The notes under the pieces were generated by a model. It was given only the letters and a program-made list of their open reading frames with translations. It was not told where the DNA came from and did not search any database. This document shows, in pieces, positions 56,339 to 64,000 of a stretch of 64,000 nt of DNA (the first letter of the stretch is position 1; the number at the start of each line of letters is the position of its first letter). The stretch covers positions 53,612 to 117,611 of the forward strand of contig CANBCZ010000003.1 in assembly GCA_947367255.1 (NCBI GenBank), written 5' to 3'. The stretch is from an uncultured Alistipes sp. (GTDB taxonomy: Bacteria; Bacteroidota; Bacteroidia; Bacteroidales; Rikenellaceae). A program made the translations under genes and the position numbers.

Positions 56339-59111
56339 ATTCCATTAGAGTGTAGTCGTAGTCAGCAGTAACCTCACTGCAAACATATTTGGTACCAAAA
56401 CGATCGGTAGCCTCAACACGAATATTGGTTGTGTTCGGATTTTTGAGGGTATACTTATACATATGGTAGCAAGCGTTCGAATATGAGCTATTCTTACCGC
56501 GACCAACTACGCCAATATGGTAGCCGATGCTCCACCAGTCCTGACTCGAGTCAGTAGGCACAAGGCACGGATAGTCACCCAGCGCGTCGGCATTGTACTT
56601 CTTTGCAGGGATGAGGCTCATAGTACCGCTAAGGGTGCCATCTTCGTAGACCTCAACCTTCCACGAGGAGTCTGCATTGAAGACATTTGCGAGCAGCACG
56701 CCGTGACCGAGCTGAGTATTGAAACTCTTGCTCGGAGTACCGCCCTTAATATCACCACGATAGAGGCGCATCTGGTAGTTGCGGTCGTCCATACCCTTAT
56801 TTACACCCATATAGTACCAATTCTTGATGGTAGCACCCTCAATGTCGTAGACGCCGTAGCCGTTAGGCACTCCATCGGCGTTCATATTGGACCACCACCA
56901 CTGACCGCACACTGCGCCGTGAACATGCTCATACAGACCACTTGACTCGATATTGCGACCATAGTGGGTATGACCTGCCATAATGTGAGCCTCCTTGAAC
57001 TGCTTGAGAAGGGCGATAGCGCTCTTTATATTGGCGTTACTTGAGGTCGAGATTGGGATATGCACGCAGAGGATAACGAGTTTATCCTTCGGCACAACAG
57101 CAAGATCCTGACGCAACCACTCGAGCTGCTCGTTGGTAAATGCTGTTGAGTATGAGCTCCAAGTATCGTTCTTGCTCCACTGCATAGTACGCATACCGAC
57201 AATATGCGCATCGCCACGATTCCACGAGTAGTTGATAGGTCCGAAGACAGTCTCAAATGCTCGCTGCGCCTTGATATTATAGGTCGAAGATGTTGCGTCG
57301 GCGCTAATCGGTTTGTTGGTGTGGAAGTATGTGTAGTCGTGGTTACCCATAACATTGAAGATAGGCATACCTGCCTTGTCTATATGCATCTTATCGCGCA
57401 TATCGTCCATAAATGCCTCATTATTTCGACTACCCTCCGAATAGACAACATCACCCAGAGTGGTACCATAGCAAGGTGCGCTCTTTGTTGCGGCGTGAGC
57501 CTTGATGGCAGGGATAGACTCGTTTGCAAAGCGGTCACCGTGACGACGACCCTTATTATCGGTTGCTGTATTATCCTTACACTGCGGATCGGCAAGGCAG
57601 AAGAGTGTAAAGGCGCTCTCCTTACCACCCGCAAGCTTTGTCAGAGTGAAGTTATAGACGGTATTCTTGCGGTCGTAGCGCGCAAAGAAGCAAGGCTGAC
57701 CGTAGTTATTTGTATCCACCTTACAATCTGCAGGCACAGAGTAGTAGATATACCAGCAATCCTTATGCGGGGTGATTGTATATTTACCCGCACTATCGGT
57801 CTTTACAACGCTATAGCCGTCAGATACTGCTACACCTGCCGCAGGAGTACCATCAGAGTAGGTTATAGTACCTGTAACATCAACAATCGGAGCCTCCTTA
57901 TAGGACTTGATAGATACACAGATATCATCGAGCATAAAGCGGTTGGTCTCTGTTGCACCCAGCGCACCACCGATAGCAATGGCAGAGGTCGAGGTGACAT
58001 CTGTAAGGGTCACTGTATACTCCTTCCAATCCGAGATCAGATCACCCTCGAGAGTCACATTCTGCTCCGAAGCAACACTCAGGTAATCTACGCTGTAGTT
58101 TGTGTTGTATGTAACATCTTTCAGAGCCTTTACGGTTATATAACGCTCGGCATCATTAACACTGCCATTCTCCATTGTTCCGTAGGTAACAGCCTTAAAC
58201 TTAACCTCTACAGTCGCCTCCTTATCATCAGGAATAGCAGAGAGCAATGGTGTACAGATAAATGAGCGGTTGGCAGTAGTACCGATCTTAACATAACCCG
58301 GACGGGCACATATAGAGCCACCTGTAGCACCACTCTTGCCGCCAATCCAACCCCAACCGTCAATACCGGCCTCATCCAGAATACCCTTGAGGGTATTGAA
58401 CAGACCAATCTCCACATCGGCACCTGTCATATAGTAGCCAGAGTTTGCTACAGTAATCTCTCCCTTGCAGTCGGCATCGCTAAACGAGTTGAGAGAGCCG
58501 CGATCTGTACGCGACAGACCGGCACCGCGAGAGGTTATATCGCCGGCATAGATAAGTCCGTCAAAGTTCTCAAAGAGGATAATGTCCGAAGGCTGCGCAT
58601 TTGTTGTAACGACACTCTTCTTGTCGGCTACCGATGCCTTGGTCACTACACGCAGCGCCTTTGCATTGGATGTGCCGTCTGTAAGGTTCTCAACCTTTAC
58701 ATAGTATGTCGTTCTCTGCTTAAGACCGGTAAATACAAAGCGTGGCGGACAGGTCTTGCTGTTATAGAGTGCCTTTGCATCCACCATATTCTCCTGAATA
58801 GGGCTTACGCTTACCTCTACATTTGTACACGCAGAGTTGTTATAGAGCGAAACTCTATACTGCTTTGTAATATCCTCCGAATAGTCTGCCTCGGGGCTCG
58901 GCTCAATCTGTCCGATATATGGCACATTGCTCTCGGTGATGGTCCAACCGATAGTAATTGTGCTATCTGTAGCCCTTACAACCGCTACATTAAGGTTAGG
59001 ATCTACCTCGACTGCAGGCGGAGTCTGAGTAGGTTCTTCGCCATTTGGCTCAGGGTTACAGGCAACCAGCAGAGCCGAAAGCGCGACAATTGATACTAAA
59101 AATCTCTTCAT
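56337..59111 (-). CDS. Lipoprotein with FN3-like, jelly-roll-like and calcineurin-like metallophosphoesterase domains
   Basis: Lipobox LVAC; LADPQ, LGDVVY, GNHDY, VHIP, GHTH; C-terminal GAVCGQWW..DGVPNGY. Confidence 0.88.
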   Translation of the reverse strand: MKRFLVSIVALSALLVACNPEPNGEEPTQTPPAVEVDPNLNVAVVRATDSTITIGWTITESNVPYIGQIEPSPEADYSEDITKQYRVSLYNNSACTNVEVSVSPIQENMVDAKALYNSKTCPPRFVFTGLKQRTTYYVKVENLTDGTSNAKALRVVTKASVADKKSVVTTNAQPSDIILFENFDGLIYAGDITSRGAGLSRTDRGSLNSFSDADCKGEITVANSGYYMTGADVEIGLFNTLKGILDEAGIDGWGWIGGKSGATGGSICARPGYVKIGTTANRSFICTPLLSAIPDDKEATVEVKFKAVTYGTMENGSVNDAERYITVKALKDVTYNTNYSVDYLSVASEQNVTLEGDLISDWKEYTVTLTDVTSTSAIAIGGALGATETNRFMLDDICVSIKSYKEAPIVDVTGTITYSDGTPAAGVAVSDGYSVVKTDSAGKYTITPHKDCWYIYYSVPADCKVDTNNYGQPCFFARYDRKNTVYNFTLTKLAGGKESAFTLFCLADPQCKDNTATDNKGRRHGDRFANESIPAIKAHAATKSAPCYGTTLGDVVYSEGSRNNEAFMDDMRDKMHIDKAGMPIFNVMGNHDYTYFHTNKPISADATSSTYNIKAQRAFETVFGPINYSWNRGDAHIVGMRTMQWSKNDTWSSYSTAFTNEQLEWLRQDLAVVPKDKLVILCVHIPISTSSNANIKSAIALLKQFKEAHIMAGHTHYGRNIESSGLYEHVHGAVCGQWWWSNMNADGVPNGYGVYDIEGATIKNWYYMGVNKGMDDRNYQMRLYRGDIKGGTPSKSFNTQLGHGVLLANVFNADSSWKVEVYEDGTLSGTMSLIPAKKYNADALGDYPCLVPTDSSQDWWSIGYHIGVVGRGKNSSYSNACYHMYKYTLKNPNTTNIRVEATDRFGTKYVCSEVTADYDYTLME

Positions 59112-59116
59112 ATTAT

Positions 59117-62100
59117 CTATTTAGTCATTAACGAATAGTCATAGTCGCCAATAATATCCGAACTTGAGTATGTTCTGCCAAAGCGGTCAGTAGCCTCAAC
59201 ACGAATCTTGGCACTCTTATTCTTTAGAGTATACTTGTACACATGGAAGCAGTTAGAGAGGTAATTTGTACGATTTCCACCGCTGTAACCACGACCCACA
59301 ACGCCAATATGGTAGCCGATAGCCCACCAATCCTGACTTGATGAGGTGCTTGGCTTTGTAGGATTACCTGCATCCGGAGTGGTCTTCTTATTAGGAATCA
59401 TAGTCATATTACCCGAATATGCGCCATCCTCATAGACTTTGATAACCCACTCCTTGTCGGCATTGAAGACATTTGCAAGCAGAACATTATCACCAAACTG
59501 CAGCTCGAACTTCTCGTATTCTCCACCACACTTCATGTTACCACGATAGAGGCGCATCTGGTAGTCACGGTCGTTCATACCATTATTAAAGCCCTTGTAG
59601 TACCAATTTGTGATTGTATTGCCGTCAATATCGTATACTCCATAGCCATTAGGAGCACCATCTCCATTGACTCTTGACCACCACCAGTTACCGCATACCG
59701 CAGCGTGAATATGCTCAAAGATACCACCCGAGAGTGTCGGCTCGTTACGAGAGTAGTGGGTATGACCCGACATAATGTGAGCCTCCTTGAACTGCTTGAG
59801 CAGCGCGATTACATTCTGAACATTCTTGTTGCTCGAGTTTGTGATAGGAATATGTACGCAGAAGATAACCATCTTATCCTTAGGCACATACTGCAGATCC
59901 TGACGCAACCAGTTGTACTGCTCGTCGGTAAAGCACATGGTATACTTAGACGCATCGGAGTTTGAGGTCCACTGCATATTTCGCATACATACGATATGCA
60001 CATCACCACGATCCCACGAGTAGTCGATAGGTCCAAAGACAGCCTCAAACTCACGCTGAGCCTTCATATTGTAGGTCGATGAGGTCTCATCGGCAGAGAT
60101 TGGAGAGCCCGACTGGAAGTATGTATAGTCGTGGTTACCCATTGTCTGGAAGATAGGCATACCGATATTGCTATTTGACATATGGGTACGCAGGTACGGC
60201 ATCTGAGACACGCAATTTCGTTTACCCTCAGAGTATGCCACATCGCCCAAAGTGACGCCATAGCAAGGTACACCCTTTGTCGAGATATGAGTCTTTACAT
60301 CAGGCACACACTCGTTATTGAAGCGGCTACGGTGTGTTGCATCCTTACACTGCGGATCGGCAAGGCAGAAGAGTGCAAACTTGCTCTCCTTGCCATTTGG
60401 CAGCTTCTTCAGGGTAAAGCTGTAGCCGGTCTGACCCTCTACATACTTTGCAAAGAATGCAGGCTGTCCGTAGCTGTTGATAGGCACCTGACAATCTGCC
60501 GGAACAGTATAATATATATAATAGGTATCCTGACATACGGTCAGCGAGTACTTACCCTCTGCATCGGTCTGAGTAACCTCAAAACCGTCAGATACAGATA
60601 CGCCTACAGCCGGTGTACCATCCTCATACGTGAGGTATCCGCTCACAACATCCACTGCAGGGGCATCCTCGAGTTTATCGACATAGATTCTCACATCGTC
60701 AAGCAGCAGTCGGCAGGTTGTTGTCGGTCCTGCGCCACCACCCAGCGAGATTGATGCACCTGATGGGACATTGGTAAGGGTGACGGTATACTCGCGCCAA
60801 TCCCAAATCTCCTGCGATGTAAGTTCAAACTTTTGCTCGCTCACAACGCCCTGATAGTTCATTCTGTAGTCAGATGCAAGCGACGGCTTTGCAAGTGCAC
60901 GAACACTCATCATGCGCTCACCCTCATTGGTCACATAGGCGTTTGGACTGCCGTAAGGGATTGCCTTGAAGACAATGCGCAGCGAGGCGACCTTATCCTG
61001 CGGAATAGCCGACAGCGCCGGAGTACATACATGCGAGCAGTTGTTAGCCGTACCAATCTTGAGATAACCGGTGCGGGCACATACAGAGCCACCTGTAGCG
61101 TCACTCTTGCCACCAATCCAACCCCAATTCTGGAAGCCATAGTCATCGACAAGGTTCTTCATTGTATTAAACAGACCAATCTCGGTACCAGACGGAGCGG
61201 CATAGAAGCCTGTGCTGCTTGATACAATCTCACCCTTGAGCGGAGCAATCTCGGTAAGTTTATTTCTATCTGTGCGAGATACGCCCGCTGCATAGGAGCA
61301 CATATCGCCGGCATAGATAAGGGATGCGAAGTTCTCGAAGAGAATCATATCACCCTCCTTGGCATTGCTCTTAACGACCTTTGCAGGGTCTACCACAGTC
61401 GCCGAGGTGGTAATCTCGACAATATTCGACTCATAGTCGTCGGTAGTATCCCACACCTTTGCATAGTACTTTGTGCTTGGAGCAAGACCTGTAAAGACAA
61501 AGCGCGGAGGATTGATTTTAGCAGTATATACAGACCCGCCATTGAGTTTATCGTCCTTAATGTCGCTTACGCTAACGATAAGGTCGGTACAAGCAGCATC
61601 GTTGTAGAGTGCCACCTTGTAGGTCTTGGTAATATCTACCGAGTAGTCGGCAGCCTCATTCGGACGCACCTGACTAAGATAAGGGACATTTGACGCAGTG
61701 ATAGTCCAGCCGATAACACCTGTAGAGTCTGTTGCACGGACAAACTTAGCAACAAGGTTACTCTGGGCAACATAGCAGCCATCCTCCAGCTGACCGAACG
61801 AAGCTACCTTTGTAAACTTTGTAACATCCAAATTGAGGGTGTAGATATAACCCGCCTCAAAGTTCTTTGTAGGTCGCTTGCAGAAGGTGTAAGAACCTCG
61901 GTTGGTCTTGACGATATAGAAGACCTTACCCTCAGATGCTGTCCACGCCACAGGGGCAACAAGTGCCCAACCATCGGTCGAAGTGCCTGTCTCCGGATTC
62001 TGGTAGTTTACGGTAACAGCACTCTCCGACGCCTTTGCAAGTGTAAGTGTGTTGATATCTACAGTTGCTCTTCCCGAGAGTTTGTCATTCTCGGCACTCA

Positions 62101-62737
62101 TAGTAACAGAGAGAATCTCCTCATTATCCGCCACCTTGATATTGAAGCGGGCAACAGATGCCAACATCTTAAAGTCGAATGTATGTCCGTTGTCGGATGT
62201 AGTACCGATCATAATATTACGCTCCTGATCGCTCTGACCGACAATATTCGAGTAGCGCTGTGCTGTCGGGATATTTACGCTCAGAACACCCTCAAAAGAG
62301 TCTCCCGCAGCACGGGTTTCATCCCACGGAGTCTCCACCTCACCGAGTGACGGCAGTGTCGCACCTGCAGAGGTGTTACTAAATATAGCCGCCGAGTATG
62401 GCGATACACCATAGAGAGGCTTTGAGTCACTGAATGTAACACCCTTAGATGTATCGGCAACAACAAATGTTCCTACATCGCTACCCTCTCCCGAGTCGAG
62501 GTTGTACTTGGCAATATTTTCACCATCTGTCACTGCAAGACAATCGGTGTGGTGCCAATAGATATTCAAATCACCATCCGTACCCAATACAGAGAAAGTA
62601 CGCGAATTGTCATTTGCAATCTTAGCCGTAAAGGAGTCTATCTTACGACCCGAAACAATATCCAGACTCTCCTCAGTATCGACACAAGCGACAGCCGCAA
62701 GCAGAGCCACTACAGAAATCAATAAAAATCTCTTCAT
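59117..62737 (-). CDS. Lipoprotein with fimbrillin-like N-domain plus the same phosphoesterase module
   Basis: Lipobox AVAC; FTAKIANDNSRT..W..D..V and GYIYTLNL fimbrillin-like pattern; LADPQ, GNHDY, GHTH. Confidence 0.85.
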   Translation of the reverse strand: MKRFLLISVVALLAAVACVDTEESLDIVSGRKIDSFTAKIANDNSRTFSVLGTDGDLNIYWHHTDCLAVTDGENIAKYNLDSGEGSDVGTFVVADTSKGVTFSDSKPLYGVSPYSAAIFSNTSAGATLPSLGEVETPWDETRAAGDSFEGVLSVNIPTAQRYSNIVGQSDQERNIMIGTTSDNGHTFDFKMLASVARFNIKVADNEEILSVTMSAENDKLSGRATVDINTLTLAKASESAVTVNYQNPETGTSTDGWALVAPVAWTASEGKVFYIVKTNRGSYTFCKRPTKNFEAGYIYTLNLDVTKFTKVASFGQLEDGCYVAQSNLVAKFVRATDSTGVIGWTITASNVPYLSQVRPNEAADYSVDITKTYKVALYNDAACTDLIVSVSDIKDDKLNGGSVYTAKINPPRFVFTGLAPSTKYYAKVWDTTDDYESNIVEITTSATVVDPAKVVKSNAKEGDMILFENFASLIYAGDMCSYAAGVSRTDRNKLTEIAPLKGEIVSSSTGFYAAPSGTEIGLFNTMKNLVDDYGFQNWGWIGGKSDATGGSVCARTGYLKIGTANNCSHVCTPALSAIPQDKVASLRIVFKAIPYGSPNAYVTNEGERMMSVRALAKPSLASDYRMNYQGVVSEQKFELTSQEIWDWREYTVTLTNVPSGASISLGGGAGPTTTCRLLLDDVRIYVDKLEDAPAVDVVSGYLTYEDGTPAVGVSVSDGFEVTQTDAEGKYSLTVCQDTYYIYYTVPADCQVPINSYGQPAFFAKYVEGQTGYSFTLKKLPNGKESKFALFCLADPQCKDATHRSRFNNECVPDVKTHISTKGVPCYGVTLGDVAYSEGKRNCVSQMPYLRTHMSNSNIGMPIFQTMGNHDYTYFQSGSPISADETSSTYNMKAQREFEAVFGPIDYSWDRGDVHIVCMRNMQWTSNSDASKYTMCFTDEQYNWLRQDLQYVPKDKMVIFCVHIPITNSSNKNVQNVIALLKQFKEAHIMSGHTHYSRNEPTLSGGIFEHIHAAVCGNWWWSRVNGDGAPNGYGVYDIDGNTITNWYYKGFNNGMNDRDYQMRLYRGNMKCGGEYEKFELQFGDNVLLANVFNADKEWVIKVYEDGAYSGNMTMIPNKKTTPDAGNPTKPSTSSSQDWWAIGYHIGVVGRGYSGGNRTNYLSNCFHVYKYTLKNKSAKIRVEATDRFGRTYSSSDIIGDYDYSLMTK

Positions 62738-62749
62738 AACTCCCCCTCT

Positions 62750-62893
62750 CTACCAAGCGTCGCCGCCATTATTATAGTCCAATATACTGTCTTTATCCGC
62801 TCCGGGTATGTTGTCAGGAATGTCAGACTCCGCAAAGCCACGCTCCGGAATAAACTGATAGGCTGCCACCTCTGGCTTTAAGTACTTTTTCAT
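62750..62893 (-). CDS. 47-aa leader-like peptide preceding the fimbrillin-like gene
   Basis: Hand translation MKKYLKPEVAAYQFIPERGFAESDIPDNIPGADKDSILDYNNGGDAW; promoter -7 box TATCTTTG at 62942-62949; 12 nt from the next ATG. Confidence 0.7.
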   Translation of the reverse strand: MKKYLKPEVAAYQFIPERGFAESDIPDNIPGADKDSILDYNNGGDAW

Positions 62894-63068
62894 ATAGGTT
62901 AAGTTTTAAGTGTTCGACTGTAAATATCCTAAGATATTTAACAAAGATAGGAATAAAAATTCAAAACACAAAATCCACGACAATTCTTAGGCTATTGGCT
63001 ATTAGCTATTGGCTTACCGATTATAGGAAGATTAGGAAATTTAGGAAGTTTAATTAATGTGACGCATT

Positions 63069-63188
63069 TTATCGTCAGAGTGCTGTAGTTGCGGTATATC
63101 GTGAAAAATCCCCGGATGGGTCGTACTGAGCGTACTACCCATTCGGAGATTTGAGGGATGTGCCGCAAATGCGGCACTATCACGATAA
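63069..63188 (+). mobile_element. T1 hairpin element, close relative of 7450-7571
   Basis: ggtatatcgtgaaaaatccccggatggg..gtac..gtactacccattcggagatttgagggat. Confidence 0.7.
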
Positions 63189-63244
63189 TACCAATTTGTT
63201 GTCAAAAGGTAGTAGAAAAAGCCTCAAACAACGCAATAGCTAAA

Positions 63245-63360
63245 TTGATTTTAGGCGAGAAATTTCCACGCTCGCTCTAAAAAACAACGAAGGGCTGTAC
63301 TGCGCGTACTGCCCTTTGTTGGAGTTTAGAGTAGCGGAAGAAATTTCCGCATAAAATCGA
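63245..63360 (+). mobile_element. T2-terminus hairpin element abutting the decarboxylase beta-subunit stop codon
   Basis: ttgattttaggcg ... ccgcataaaatcga; core gggctgtac-tgcgc-gtactgccc; stop codon at 63362. Confidence 0.7.
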
Positions 63361-63361
63361 T

Positions 63362-64000
63362 TTAGCCCAGGAAGGCGAGGAGAATACCAGCCGCAACCGC
63401 CGAACCCACAACACCTGCTACGTTTGGACCCATAGCGTGCATGAGAAGGAAGTTTGACTTGTCGTACTCCTGACCTACGGTCTGAGATACACGTGCTGCC
63501 ATAGGCACTGCAGATACACCTGCAGAACCAATCAGTGGGTTAATCTTCTTACCCTCCTTAGCGAAGAGGTTCATAAGCTTTGCAAGAAGAACACCACCTG
63601 CAGTACCGCAACTAAATGCGAGGATACCCAGAACGAGGATACCCAGAGTCTTGAAGTTGAGGAATGAACCTGCAGTAGCAGTAGCACCTACAGAGATACC
63701 GAGGAAGATAACCACGATATTCATCAGCTCGTTCTGAACGGTCTTTGAGAGACGATCCACAACGCCACACTCCTTCATAAGGTTACCGAGCATCAGACAG
63801 CCCACGAGTGGAGCAGCAGATGGGAGGAGGAGTGAGATAACAACAGCGATGATAACAGGGAAGAGAATCTTCTCAGTCTTAGATACCTGACGCAGCTGTG
63901 ACATCTTAATCTTACGCTCTGCATCGGTAGTCAGCGCGCGCATAATTGGCGGCTGAATAACCGGTACCAGTGCCATATAAGAGTAAGCAGCGATAGCGAT
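63362..64000 (-). CDS. Na+-translocating decarboxylase beta subunit (OadB/MmdB/GcdB family), 5' end outside the window
   Basis: [49 protein letters not shown]. Confidence 0.95.
   Translation of the reverse strand: MAIAAYSYMALVPVIQPPIMRALTTDAERKIKMSQLRQVSKTEKILFPVIIAVVISLLLPSAAPLVGCLMLGNLMKECGVVDRLSKTVQNELMNIVVIFLGISVGATATAGSFLNFKTLGILVLGILAFSCGTAGGVLLAKLMNLFAKEGKKINPLIGSAGVSAVPMAARVSQTVGQEYDKSNFLLMHAMGPNVAGVVGSAVAAGILLAFLG

Noticed and set aside
62992-63183. 63-aa minus-strand ORF and similar short ORFs at 4820-5074 and 51050-51386
   Set aside because: They are read through repeat elements or intergenic DNA, not independent genes

Overview
64 kb of core chromosome from a Bacteroidales bacterium, probably Rikenellaceae/Alistipes-like (inferred from gene order, TAnnTTTG promoters and lipoprotein style). 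It holds ugd-rfbACDB, groES-groEL, rimP-nusA-infB, a CoA-transferase, the conserved coaX-OMP-TPR-lptC-CBS-ppiD cluster, mfd, Rne/Rng, HU, sugar-phosphate epimerase/aldolase genes, tRNA-His, an sdaA-NifX-like-rubredoxin operon, dusB, GH20, pepD, ispF, purine uptake genes, two large paralogous metallophosphoesterase lipoproteins and the 3' part of a Na+-translocating decarboxylase beta subunit. Three small ORFs missing from the ORF track were read directly: bS22-like, rubredoxin, and a 47-aa peptide. No transposase, integrase, CRISPR array or rRNA was seen. The main unexplained structure is intergenic. (1) A modular, co-oriented family of hairpin elements with terminal inverted repeats and covarying stems, mostly abutting stop codons. 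(2) A ~280-nt leader with a 204-nt rod and a mutually exclusive terminator-like fold ahead of an AT-rich lipoprotein. (3) Repeat-flanked single-gene islets placed after terminators. (4) Stacked tRNA-His 3'-end fragments. All protein calls are by motif recognition, not database search.
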